Origin: Eledone cirrhosa
Taxonomy: Eukaryota
Length of the DNA stretch: 64,000 nucleotides
Direction of reading: 5' to 3'
Assembly (NCBI GenBank): GCA_964016885.1
Contig: OZ024760.1
Location: 31,000,001-31,064,000, forward strand
This document shows, piece by piece, positions 1 to 15,000 of the stretch. The position numbers and the translations under genes are program-made. Numbering within the stretch: position 1 is the first letter of the stretch; each line of letters starts with the position of its first letter. The notes beneath the pieces are model-generated. The model saw nothing but the letters and a program-made list of their open reading frames with translations. It was not told where the DNA came from and did no database searches.

Positions 1-3000
1 GTCTACTACAACATCCAGGTACCACATAGGTGGGAAGTATTTTGACAGTTGTCTACTACAACATCCTGGTACCACATGGGTGGGAAGCATTTTGAGAGCT
101 TCCTACTACAACAGCCAGGTACCTCACAGGTGGTAAGTATTTTGACAGCTGTCTTCTACAACAGCCAGGTACCACATGGGTGGGAAATATTTAGACAGCT
201 GTCTAATACAACAGCCAGGTACCACATGGGTGGGAAGTATTTTGACAGCTGTCTACTACAACAGAGAGGTACTTCACAGGTGGGAAGTATTTTAACAGTT
301 TCCTACTACATCAGCCAGGTACCACATGGTTGGGAAGTATTTTGACATCTGTCTACTACAACAGCCAGGTACCACATGGTTGGGAAGTATTTTGACAGCT
401 GTCTACTACAACAACCAGGTACCACACAGGTGGGAAGTATTTTGACAGCTGTCTACTACAACAGCCAGGTACCTCACAGGTGGGAAGTATTTTGACAGCT
501 GTCTACTACAACAGCCAGGTACCACATGGGTGGGAAGTATTTTGACAGCTGTCTACTACAACAGAGAGGTACCTCACAGGTGGGAAGTATTTTGACAGCT
601 TCCTACTACAACAGCCAGGTACCACATGGTTGGGAAGTATTTTGACAGCTGTCTACTACAACAGAGGTACCACATGGGTGGGAAGTATTTTGACAGCTGT
701 CTACTACAACAGCCAGGTACCTCACAGGTTGGAAGTATTTTGACAGCTGTCTACTACAACATCCAGGTACCACATAGGTGGGAAGTATTTTGACAGCTAT
801 CTACTACAACAGCCAGGTACCACATGGGTGGGAAGTATTTTGACAGCTTCCTAATGCAACAGCCAGGTACCACATGGCTGGAAAGTATTTTGACAGCTGT
901 CTACTACAACAGCCGGGTACCTCACAGGTGGGAAGTATTTTGACAGCTATCTACTACAACAGCCACGTACCACATGGGTGGGAAGTATTTTGACAGCTGT
1001 CTACTACAACAGACAGGTTCCTCACAGTTGGGAAGTATTTTGACAGCTGTCTACTACAACAGCCAGGTACCACATGGTTGGGAGTATTTTAACAGCTGTC
1101 TACTACAACATCCAGGTACCACATGGGAGGGAAGTATTTTGACAGCTGTCTACTACAACAGCCAGGTACCTCACAGGTGGGAAGTATTTTGAAAGCTGTC
1201 TACTACAACAGCCAGGTACCACATGGGTGGGAAGTATTTTGATAGATGTCTAATACAACAGCCAGGTATCACATGGGTGGGAAGTATTTTGACAGCTGTC
1301 TACTACAACAGAGAGGTACCTCACAGGTGGGAAGTATTTTGACAGCTTCCTACTACAACAGCCAGGTACCACATAGCTGGGAAGTATTTTTACAGCTGTC
1401 TACTACAACATCCAGGTACCCCATAGGTGGGAAGTATTTTGACAGCTGTCTACTACAACAGCCAGGTACCACAAAGGTGGGAATTATTTTGACAGTTGTC
1501 TACTACAACAGCCACGTACCACATAGGTGGGAAGTATTTTCACAGCTGTCTACTACAACAGCCAGGTACCTCACAGGTTGGAAGTATTTTGACAGCTGTC
1601 TACTACAACAGCCAGGTACCACATGGATGGGAAGTATTTTGACAGCTGTCTACAACAGCCAGGAACCACATGGACGGGAAGTATTTTGACAGCTTCCTAC
1701 TACAACAGCCAGGTACCACATGGGTGGGAAGTATTTTGACAGCTGTCTACTACAACAGAGAGATACCACATTGGTGGGAAGTATTTTGACAGCTTCCTAA
1801 TACAACTGCCAGGTACCACATGGCTGGAAAGTATTTTGACAGCTGTCTACTACAACAGCCAGTTACCACATAGGTGGGATGTATTTTGACAGATGTCTAA
1901 TACAACAGCCAGGTAACATATGGATGGGAAGTATTTTGACAGCTGTCTACTACAACAGCCAGGTACCACATGGCTGGGAAGTATTTTGACAGCTGTCTAC
2001 TACAACATCCAGGTACCACATAGGTGGGAAGTATTTTGACAGTGGTCTACTACAACATCCAGGTACCACATGGGTGGGAAGTATTTTGACAGCTATCTGC
2101 TACAACAGCCAGGTACCACATGGGTGGGAAGTATTTTGACAGCTGTCTACTACAACAGAGAGGTACATCACAGGTAGGAAGTATTTTGACAGCTGTCTAC
2201 TAGAACAGCCAGGTACCACATGGCTGGGAAGTATTTTGAAAGCTGTCTACTACAACAGAGAGGTACCACATGGGTGGGAAGTATTTTGACAGCTTCCTAC
2301 TAAAACAGCCAGGTACCACATGGCTGGAAAGTATTTTGACAGCTGTCTACTACAACAGCCGGGTACCTCACAGGTGGGAAGTATTTTGACAGCTATCTAC
2401 TACAACAGCCAGGTACCACATGGGTGGGAAGTATTTTGACAGCTGTCTACTAAAACAGACAGGTACCACATGGGAGGGAAGTATTTTGACAGCTGTCTAC
2501 TACAACAGCCAGGTACCTCACAGGTGGGAAGTATTTTGAAAGCTGTCTACTACAACAGCCAGGTACCACATGGGTGGGAAGTATTTTGATAGATGTTTAA
2601 TACAACAGCCAGGTATCACATGGGTGGGAAGTATTTTGACATCTGTCTACTACAACAGAGAGGTACCTCACAGGTGGGAAGTATTTTGACAGCTTCCTAC
2701 TACAACAGACAGGTACCACATGGTTGGGAAGTATTTTGACAGCTGTCTACTACAACAGCCAGGTACCATATGGGTGGGAAGTATTTTGACAGATGTCTAA
2801 TTCAACAGCCAGGTACCACATGGGTGGGAAGTATTTTGACAGCTTCCTACTACAACAGCCAGGTACCACATCGTGGGGAAGTATTTTGACATCTGTCTAC
2901 TACAACAGAGGTACCACATGGGTGGGAAGTATTTTGACAGCTGTCTACTACAACAGCCAGGTACCTCACAGGTGGGAAGTATTTTGACAGCTTCCTACTA

Positions 3001-6000
3001 CAACAGCCAGGTACCACATGGTTGGGAAGTATTTTGACAGCTGTCTACTACAACAGAGAGGTACCACATGGGTGGGAAGTATTTTGACAGCTGTCTACTA
3101 CAACAGCCAGGTACCACATGGCTGGGAAGTATTTTTACAGCTGTCTACTACAACATCCAGGTACCACATAGGTGGGAAGTATTTTGACAGCTGTCTACTA
3201 CAGCAGCCAGGTACCACATAGGTGGGAAGTATTTTGAAAGCTGTCTACTACAACATCCAGGTACCTCACAGGTGGGAATTATTTTGACAGTTGTCTACTA
3301 CAACAGCCACGTACCACATGGGTGGGAAGTATTTTGACAGCTGTCTACTACAACAGAGAGGTACCTCACAGGTGGGAAGTATTTTGACAGCTTCCTACTA
3401 AAACAGCCAGGTACCACATGGTTGGGAAGTATTTTGACACCTGTCTACTACAACAGAGAGGTACCACATGGGTGGGAAGTATTTTGACAGCTGTCTACTA
3501 CAGCAGCCAGGTACCTCACAGGTTGGAAGTATTTTGACAGCTGTCTACTACAACAGAGATGTACCACATTGGTGGGAAGTATTTTGACAGCTTCCTAATA
3601 CAACAGCCAGGTACCACTTGGCTGGAAAGTATTTTGACAGCTGTCTACTACAACAGCCAGTTACCACATAGGTGGGATGTATTTTGACAGCTGTCTAATA
3701 CAACAGCCAGGTACCATATGGATGGGAAGTATTTTGACAGCTGTCTACTACAACAGCCAGGTACCACGTGGCTGGTAAGTATTTTTACAGCTGTCTACTA
3801 CAACATCCAGGTACCACATAGGTGGGAAGTATTTTGACAGCTGTCTACTACAACAGCCAGGTACAACATAGGTGGGAAGTATTTTTACAGTTGTCTACTA
3901 CAACATCCAGGTACCACATGGGTGGGAAGCATTTTGACAGCTGTCTACTACAACAGCCAGGTACCACATGGGTGGGAAATATTTTGACAGCTGTCTAATA
4001 CAACAGCCAGGTACCACATGGGTGGGAAGTATTTTGACAGCTGTCTACTACAACAGCCAGGTACAACATAGGTGGGAAGTATTTTGACAGTTGTCTACTA
4101 CAACAGAGAGGTACCTCACAGGTGGGAAGTATTTTGACAGCTTCCTACTACAACAGCCAGGTACCACATCGTGGGGAAGTATTTTGACATCTGTCTATTA
4201 CAACAGAGGTACCACATGGGTGGGAAGTATTTTGACAGCTGTCTACTACAACAGCCAGGTACCTCACAGGTGGGAAGTATTTTGACAGCTGTCTATTAGA
4301 ACAGCCAGGTACCACATGGGTGGGAAGTATTTTGACAACTGTCTACTACAACAGAGAGGTACCACATGGGATTGGAAGTATTTTGACAGCTTCCTAATAC
4401 AACAGCCAGGTACCTCATGGCTGGAAAGTATTTTGACAGCTGTCTACTACAACAGCCAGGTACCTCACAGGTGGGAAGTATTTTAACAGCTGTCTACTAC
4501 AACAGCCAGGTACCTCACAGGTGGGAAGTATTTTGACAGCTGTCTACTACAACAGCCAGGTACCACATGGATGGGAAGTATTTTGACAGATGTCTAATAC
4601 AACAGCCATGTACCACATGGGTGGGAAATATTTTGACAGCTGTCTACTACAACAGAGAGGTACCTCACAGGTGGGAAGTATTTTGACAACTTCCTACTAC
4701 AACAGCCAGGTACCACATGGTTGGGAAGTATTTTGACAGCTGTCTACTACAACAGCCAGATACCACATGGATGGGAAATATTTTGACAGCTGTCTAATAC
4801 AACAGCCAGGTACCACATGGTTGGAAAGTATTTTGACAGCTGTCTACTACAACGGAGAGGTACCACATGGGTAGGAAGTATTTTGACAGCTGTCTACTAC
4901 AACAGCCAGGTACCTCACAGGTTGGAAGTATTTTGACAGTTGTCTACTACAACAGCCACGTACCACATGGGTGGGAAGTATTTTGACAGCTGTCTACTAC
5001 AACAGAGAGGTACCTCACAGGTGGGAAGTATTTTGACAGCTTCCTACTACAACAGCCGGGTACCACATTGTTGGGAAGTATTTTGACAGCTGTCTACTAC
5101 AATAGAGAGGTACCACATGGGTGGGAAGTATTTTGACAGCTGTCTAATACAACAGCAAGGTACCACATGGTTGGGAAGTATTTTGACAACTGTCTACTTC
5201 AACAGCCAGGTACCACATGGGTGGGAAGTATTTTGACAGCTGTCTACTACAACAGAGAGGTACCACATGGGATTGGAAGTATTTTGACAGCTTCCTAATA
5301 AAACAGCCAGGTACCACATGGCTGGAAAGTATTTTGACAGCTGTCTACTACAACAGCCAGGTACCTCACAGGTGGGAAGTATTTTGACAGCTGTCTACTA
5401 CAACAGCCAGGTACCACATGGGTGGGAAATATTTTGACAGCTGTCTACTACAACAGACAGGTTCCTCACAGGTGGGAAGTATTTTGACAGCTGTCTACTA
5501 CAACAGCCAGGTACCACATGGATGGGAAGTATTTTGACAGCTGTCTAATACAACAGCCAGGTACCACATGGGTGGGAAGTATTTTGACAGCTGTCTACTA
5601 CAACAGAGAGGTAGATCAAAGGTGGGAAGTATTTTGACAGCTTCCTACTACAACAGAGAGGTACCACATTTTTGGGAAGTATTTTGACAGCTGTCTACTA
5701 CAACAGAGAGGTACCACATGGTGGGAAGTATTTTGACAGCTGTCTACTACAACATCCAGGTACCACATGGGTGGGAAGTATTTTGACAGCTGTCTACTAC
5801 AACAGCCAGGTACCACATGGGTGGGAAGCATTTTGAGAGCTTCCTACTACAATAGCCAGGTACCTCAGAGGTGGTAAGTATTTTGACAGCTGTCTACTAC
5901 AACAGCCAGGTACAACATGGGTGGGAAATATTTTGACAGCTGTCTAATACAACAGCCAGGTACCACATGGGTGGGAAGTATTTTGACAGCTGTCTACTAC

Positions 6001-9000
6001 AACAGAGAGGTACCTCACAGGTGGGAAGTATTTTGACAGCTTCCTACTACAACAGCCAGGTACCACATGGTTGGAAAGTATTTTGACATCTGTCTACAAC
6101 AACAGAGGTACCACATGGGTGGGAAGTATTTTGACAGCTGTCTACTACAACAGCCAGGTACCTCACAGGAGGGAAGTATTTTGACAGCTGTCTATTAGAA
6201 CAGCCAGGTACCACATGGGTGGGAAGTATTTTGACAGCTGTCTACTACAACAGAGAGGTACCACATGGGATTGGAAGTATTTTGACATCTTCCTAATACA
6301 TCAGCCAGGTACCACATGGCTGGAAAGTATTTTGACAGCTGTCTACTACAACAGCCAGGTACCTCACAGGTGGGAAGTATTTTAACAGCTGTCTACTACA
6401 ACAGCCAGGTACCTCACAGGTGGGAAGTATTTTGACAGCTGTCTACTACAACAGCCAGGTACCACATGGATGGGAAGTATTTTGACAGATGTCTAATACA
6501 ACAGCCAGGTACCACATGGGTGGGAAATATTTTGACAGCTTTCTACTACAACAGAGAGGTACCTCACAGGTGGGAAGTATTTTGACAGCTTCCTACTACA
6601 ACAGCCAGGTACCACATGGTTGGGAAGTATTTTGACAGCTGTCTACTACAACAGCCAGGTACCACATGGGTGGGAAATATTTTGACAGCTGTCTAATACA
6701 ACAGCCAGGTACCACATGGGTGGGAAGTATTTTGACAGCTGTCTACTACAACAGAGAGGTACCTCACAGGTGGGAAGTATTTTGACAGCTTCCTACTACA
6801 ACAGCCAGGTACCACATGGTTGGGAAGTATTTTGACAGCTGTCTACCACAACAGCCAGGTACCACATGGATGGGAAATATTTTGACAGCTGTCTAATACA
6901 ACAGCCAGGTACCACATGGTTGGGAAGTATTTTGACAGCTGTCTACTACAACAGAGAGGTACCACATGGGTAGGAAGTATTTTGACAGCTGTCTACTACA
7001 ACAGCCAGGTACCTCACAGGTTGGAAGTATTTTGACAGTTGTCTACTACAACAGCCACGTACCACATGGGTGGGAAGTATTTTGACAGCTGTCTACTACA
7101 ACAGAGAGGTACCTCACAGGTGGGAAGTATTTTGACAGCTTCCTACTACAACAGCCAGGTACCACATTGTTGGGAAGTATTTTGTCAGCTGTCTACTACA
7201 ACAGAGAGGTACCACATGGATGGGAAGTATTTTGACAGCTGTCTAATACAACAGCAAGGTACCACATGGATGGGAAGTATTTTGACAGCTGTCTACTGCA
7301 ACAGCCAGGTACCACATGGGTGGGAAGTATTTTGACAGCTCTCTACTACAACAGAGAGGTACCACATGGGATTGGAAGTATTTTGACAGCTTCCTAATAC
7401 AACAGCCAGGTACCACATGGCTGGAAAGTATTTTGACAGCTGTCTACTACAACAGCCAGGTACCTCACAGGTGGGAAGTATTTTGACATCTGTCTACTAC
7501 AACAGCCAGGTACCACATGGGTGGGAAATATTTTGACAGCTGTCTACTACAACAGACAGGTTCCTCACAGGTGGGAAGTATTTTGACAGCTGTCTACTAC
7601 AACAGCCAGGTACCACATGGATGGGAAGTATTTTGACAGCTGTCTAATACAACAGCCAGGTACCACATGGGTGGGAAGTATTTTGACAGCTGTCTACTAC
7701 AACAGACAGGTTCCTCACAGGTGGGCAGTATTTTGACAGCTGTCTACTACAACAGCCAGGTACCACATGGATGGGAAGTATTTTGACAGCTGTCTAATAC
7801 AACAGCCAGGTACCACATGGGTGGGAAGTATTTTGACAGCTGTCTACTACAACAAAGAGGTAGATCAAAGGTGGGAAGTATTTTGACAGCTTCCTACTAC
7901 AACAGAGAGGTACCACATTTTTGGGAAGTATTTTGAGAGCTGTCTACTACAACAGAGAGGTACCACATGGTTGGGAAGTATTTTGACAGCTGTCTACTAC
8001 AACATCCAGGTACCACATGGGTGGGAAGTATTTTGACAGCTGTCTATTACAACAGCCAGGTACCACATGGATGGGAAGTATTTTGACAGCTGTCTACAAC
8101 AGCCAGGAACCACATGCATGGAAAGTATTTTGACAGCTTCCTACTACAACAGCCAGGTACCACATGGGTGGGAAGTATTTTGACAGCTGTCTACTACAAC
8201 AGAGAGGTACCACATGGCTGGAAAGTATTTTGACAGATGCCTACTACAACAGCCAGTTACCACATGGGTGGGAAGTATTTTGACAGCTGTCTACTACAAC
8301 AGCCAGCTTCCACATAGGTGGGAAGTATTTTGAAAGCTGTCTACTACAACAGCCAGGTACCTCACAGGTGGGAATTATTTTGACGGCTGTCTACTACAAC
8401 AGAGAGATACCTCACAGGTGGGAAGTATTTTGACAGCTTCCTACTACAACAGCCAGGTACCACATGGTTGGGAAGTATTTTGACAGCTGTCTACTACAAC
8501 AGCCAGGTACCACATGGGTGGGAAGTATTTTGACACCTGTCTACTACAACAGCCAGGTACCTCACAGGTTGGAAGTATTTTGACAGCTGTCTACTACAAC
8601 AGCCAGGTACCACATGGATGGGAAGTATTTTGACAGCTGTCTACAACAGCCAGGAACCACATGGATGGTAAGTATTTTGACAGCTGTCTACTACAACAGA
8701 GAGGTACCACATGGGTGGGAAGTATTTTGACAGCTTCCTAATACAACAGTCAGTTACCACATGGCTGGAAAGTATTTTGACAGCTGTCTACTACAACAGC
8801 CAGTTACCACATCGTTGGAAAGTATTTTGAAAGCTGTCTAATACAACAGCCAGCTACCATATGGATGGGAAGTATTTTGACAGCTGTCTACTACAACAGC
8901 CAGGTACCACATGGCTGGGAAGTATTTTTACAGCTGTCTACTACAACAGAGAGGTACCACATGGGTGGGAAGTATTTTGACAGCTGTCTACTACAAAAGC

Positions 9001-12000
9001 CAGGTACCACATGGCTGGGAAGTATTTTTACAGCTGTCTACTACAACATCCAGGTACCACATAGGTGGGAAGTATTTTGACAGCTGTCTACTACAGCAGC
9101 CAGGTACCACATAGGTGGGAAGTATTTTGAAAGCTGTCTACTACAACAGCCAGGTACATGACAGGTGGGAATTATTTTGACAGTTGTCTACTACAACAGC
9201 CACGTACCACATGGGTGGGAAGTATTTTGACAGCTGTCTACTACAACAGAGAGGTACCTCACAGTTGGGAAGTATTTTGACAGCTTCCTACTAAAACAGC
9301 CAGGTACCACATGGTTGGGAAGTATTTTGACACCTGTCTACTACAACAGAGAGGTACCACATGGGTGGGAAGTATTTTGAGAGCTGTCTACTACAACATC
9401 CAGGTACCACATGGGTGGGAAGTATTTTGACAGCTGTCTACTACAGCAGCCAGGTACCTCACAGGTTGGAAGTATTTTGACAGCTGTCTACTACAACAGA
9501 GATGTACCACATTGGTGGGAAGTATTTTGACAGCTTCCTAATACAACAGCCAGGTACCACTTGGCTGGAAAGTATTTTGACAGCTGTCTACTACAACAGC
9601 CAGTTACCACATAGGTGGGATGTATTTTGACAGCTGTCTAATACAACAGCCAGGTACCATATGGATGGGAAGTATTTTGACAGCTGTCTACTACAACAGC
9701 CAGGTACCACGTGGCTGGTAAGTATTTTTACAGCTGTCTACTACAACATCCAGGTACCACATAGGTGGGAAGTATTTTGACAGCTGTCTACTACAACAGC
9801 CAGGTACAACATAGGTGGGAAGTATTTTTACAGTTGTCTACTACAACATCCAGGTACCACATGGGTGGGAAGCATTTTGACAGCTGTCTACTACAACAGC
9901 CAGGTACCACATGGGTGGGAAATATTTTGACATCTGTCTAATACAACAGCCAGGTACCACATGGGTGGGAAGTATTTTGACAGCTGTCTACTACAACAGC
10001 CAGGTACAACATAGGTGGGAAGTATTTTGACAGTTGTCTACTACAACAGAGAGGTACCTCACAGGTGGGAAGTATTTTGACAGCTTCCTACTACAACAGC
10101 CAGGTACCACATCGTGGGGAAGTATTTTGACATCTGTCTACTACAACAGAGGTACCACATGGGTGGGAAGTATTTTGACAGCTGTCTACTACAACAGCCA
10201 GGTACCTCACAGGTGGGAAGTATTTTGACAGCTGTCTATTAGAACAGCCAGGTACGACATGGGTGGGAAGTATTTTGACAACTGTCTACTACAACAGAGA
10301 GGTACCACATGGGATAGGAAGTACTTTGACAGCTTCCTAATACAACAGCCAGGTACCTCATGGCTGGAAAGTATTTTGACAGCTGTCTACTACAACAGCC
10401 AGGTACCTCACAGGTGGGAAGTATTTTAACAGCTGTCTACTACAACAGCCAGGTACCTCACAGGTGGGAAGTATTTTGACAGCTGTCTACTACAACAGCC
10501 AGGTACCACATGGATGGGAAGTATTTTGACAGATGTCTAATACAACAGCCAGGTACCACATGGGTGGGAAATATTTTGACAGCCCTCTACTACAACAGAG
10601 AGGTACCTCACAGGTGGGAAGTATTTTGACAGCTTCCTACTACAACAGCCAGGTACCACATGGTTGGGAAGTATTTTGACAGCTGTCTACTACAACAGCC
10701 AGGTACCACATGGATGGGAAATATTTTGACAGCTGTCTAATACAACAGCCAGGTACCACATGGTTGGAAAGTATTTTGACAGCTGTCTACTACAACGGAG
10801 AGGTACCACATGGGTAGGAAGTATTTTGACAGCTGTCTACTACAACAGCCAGGTACCTCACAGGTTGGAAGTATTTTGACAGTTGTCTACTACAACAGCC
10901 ACGTACCACATGGGTGGGAAGTATTTTGACAGCTGTCTACTACAACAGAGAGGTACCTCACAGGTGGGAAGTATTTTGACAGCTTCCTACTACAACAGCC
11001 GGGTACCACATTGTTGGGAAGTATTTTGACAGCTGTCTACTACAATAGAGAGGTACCACATGGATGGGAAGTATTTTGACAGCTGTCTACTTCAACAGCT
11101 AGGTACCACATGGGTGGGAAGTATTTTGACAGCTGTCTACTACAAAAGAGAGGTACCACATGGGATTGGAAGTATTTTGACAGCTTCCTAATAAAACAGC
11201 CAGGTACCACATGGCTGAAAAGTATTTTGACAGCTGTCTACTACAACAGCCAGATACCTCACAGGTGGGAAGTATTTTGACAGCTGTCTACTACAACAGC
11301 CAGGTACCACATGGGTGGGAAATATTTTGACAGCTGTCTACTACAACAGACAGGTTCCTCACAGGTGGGAAGTATTTTGACAGCTGTCTACTACAACAGC
11401 CAGGTACCACATGGATGGGAAATATTTTGACAGCTGTCTAATACAACAGCCAGGTACCACATGGGTGGGAAGTATTTTGACAGCTGTCTACTACAACAGA
11501 GAGGTACCTCATAGGTGGGAATTATTTTGACAGCTTCCTACTACAACAGCCAGGTACCACATCGTGGGGAAGTATTTTGACATCTGTCTACTACAACAGA
11601 GGTACCACATGGGTGGGAAGTATTTTGACAGCTGTCTACTACAACAGCCAGGTACCTCACAGGTGGGAAGTATTTTGACAGCTGTCTATTAGAACAGCCA
11701 GGTACCACATGGGTGGGAAGTATTTTGACAGCTGTCTACTACAACAGAGAGGTACCACATGGGATTGGAAGTATTTTGACATCTTCCTAATACATCAGCC
11801 AGGTACCACATGGCTGGAAAGTATTTTGACAGCTGTCTACTACAACAGCCAGGTACCTCACAGGTGGGAAGTATTTTAACAGCTGTCTACTACAACAGCC
11901 AGGTACCTCACAGGTGGGAAGTATTTTGACAGCTGTCTACTACAACAGCCAGGTACCACATGGATGGGAAGTATTTTGACAGATGTCTAATACAACAGCC

Positions 12001-15000
12001 AGGTACCACATGGGTGGGAAATATTTTGACAGCTGTCTACTACAACAGAGAGGTACCTCACAGGTGGGAAGTATTTTGACAGCTTCCTACTACAACAGCC
12101 AGGTACCACATGGTTGGGAAGTATTTTGACAGCTGTCTACTACAACAGCCAGGTACCACATGGGTGGGAAGTATTTTGACAGCTGTCTAATACAACAGCC
12201 AGGTACCACATGGGTGGGAAGTATTTTGACAGCTGTCTACTACAACAGAGAGGTACCTCACAGGTGGGAAGTATTTTGACAGCTTCCTACGACAACAGCC
12301 AGGTACCACATGGTTGGGAAGTATTTTGACAGCTGTCTACCACAACAGCCAGGTACCACATGGATGGGAAATATTTTGACAGCTGTCTAATACAACAGCC
12401 AGGTACCACATGGTTGGGAAGTATTTTGACAGCTGTCTACTACAACAGAGAGGTACCACATGGGTAGGAAGTATTTTGACAGCTGTCTACTACAACAGCC
12501 AGGTACCTCACAGGTTGGAAGTATTTTGACAGTTGTCTACTACAACAGCCACGTACCACATGGGTGGGAAGTATTTTGACAGCTGTCTACTACAACAGAG
12601 AGGTACCTCACAGGTGGGAAGTATTTTGACAGCTGTCTACTACAACAGCCAGGTACCACACAGGTGGGAAATATTTTGACAGCTGTCTACTACAACAGAC
12701 AGGTTCCTCACAGGTGGGAAGTATTTTGACAGCTGTCTACTACAACAGCCAGGTACCACATGGATGGGAAGTATTTTGACAGCTGTCTAATACAACAGCC
12801 AGGTACCACATGGGTGGGACGTATTTTGACAGCTCTCTACTACAACAGACAGGTTCCTCACAGGTGGGCAGTATTTTGACAGCTGTCTACTACAACAGCC
12901 AGGTACCACATGGATGGGAAGTATTTTGACAGCTGTCTAATACAACAGCCAGGTACCACATGGGTGGGAAGTATTTTGACAGCTGTCTACTACAACAAAG
13001 AGGTAGATCAAAGGTGGGAAGTATTTTGACAGCTTCCTACTACAACAGAGAGGTACCACATTTTTGGGAAGTATTTTGAGAGCTGTCTACTACAACAGAG
13101 AGGTACCACATGGTTGGGAAGTATTTTGACAGCTGTCTACTACAACATCCAGGTACCACATGGGTGGGAAGTATTTTGACAGCTGTCTATTACAACAGCC
13201 AGGTACCACATGGATGGGAAGTATTTTGACAGCTGTCTACAACAGCCAGGAACCACATGGATGGGAAGTATTTTGACAGCTTCCTACTACAACAGCCAGG
13301 TACCACATGGGTGGGAAGTATTTTGACAGCTGTCTACTACAACAGAGAGGTACCACATGGCTGGAAAGTATTTTGACAGATGTCTACTACAACAGCCAGT
13401 TACCACATGGGTGGGAAGTATTTTGACAGCTGTCTACTACAACAGCCAGCTTCCACATAGGTGGGAAGTATTTTGAAAGCTGTCTACTACAACAGCCAGG
13501 TACCTCACAGGTGGGAATAATTTTGACGGCTGTCTACTACAACAGAGAGATACCTCACAGGTGGGAAGAATTTTGACAGCTTCCTACTACAACAGCCAGG
13601 TACCACATGGTTGGGAAGTATTTTGACAGCTGTCTACTACAACAGCCAGGTACCACATGGGTGGGAAGTATTTTGACAGCTGTCTACTACAACAGCCAGG
13701 TACCTCACAGGTTGGAAGTATTTTGACAGCTGTCTACTACAACAGCCAGGTACCAAATGGATGGGAAGTATATTGACAGCTGTCTACAACAGCCAGGAAC
13801 CACATGGATGGGAAGTATTTTGACAGCTTCCTACTACATCAGCCAGGTACCACATGGGTGGGAATTATTTTGACAGCTGTCTACTACAACAGAGAGGTAC
13901 CACATGGGTGGGAAGTATTTTGACAGCTTCCTAATACAACAGTCAGGTACCACATGGCTGGAAAGTATTTTGACAGCTGTCTACTACAACAGCCAGTTAC
14001 CACATGGTTGGAAAGTATTTTGAAAGCTGTCTAATACAACAGCCAGGTACCATATGGATGGGAAGTATTTTGACAGCTGTCTACTACAACAGCCAGGTAC
14101 CACATGGCTGGGAAGTATTTTTACAGCTGTCTACTACAACAGAGAGGTACCACATGGGTGGGAAGTATTTTGACAGCTGTCTACTACAACAGCCAGGTAC
14201 CACATGGCTGGGAAGTATTTTTACAGCTGTCTACTACAACATCCAGGTACCACATAGGTGGGAAGTATTTTGACAGCTGTCTACTACAACAGCCAGGTAC
14301 CACATGGCTGGGAAGTATTTTTACAGCTGTCTACTACAACATCCAGGTACCACATAGGTGGGAAGTATTTTGACAGCTGTCTACTACAACAGCGAGGTAC
14401 AACATAGGGGGGAAGTATTTTGACAGTTGTCTACTACAACATCCAGGTACCACATGGGTGGGAAGCATTTTGAGAGCTTCCTACTACAACAGCCATGTAC
14501 CTCACAGGTGGTAAGTATTTTGACGGCTGACTACTACAACAGCCAGGTACCACATGGTGGGAAATATTTTGACAGCTGTCTAATACAACAGCCAGGTACC
14601 ACACGGGTGGGAAGTATTTTGACAGCTGTGTACTACAACAGAGAGGTACCTGACAGGTGGGAAGTATTTTGACAGCTGTCTACTACAACAGCCAGGTACC
14701 TCACAGGTAGGAAGTATTTTGACAGCTGTCTATTAGAACAGCCAGGTACCACATGGCTGGGAAGTATTTTGACAGCTTCCTACTACAACAGCCAGGTACC
14801 ACATGGTTGGGAAGTATTTTGACAGCTGTCTACTACAACAGCCAGGTACCACATGGGTGGGAAATATTTTGACAGCTGTCTAATACAACAGCCAGGTACC
14901 ACATGGGTGGGAAGTATTTTGACAGCTGTCTACTACAACAGAGAGGTACCTCACAGGTGGGAAGTATTTTGACAGCTTCCTACTACAACAGCCAGGTACC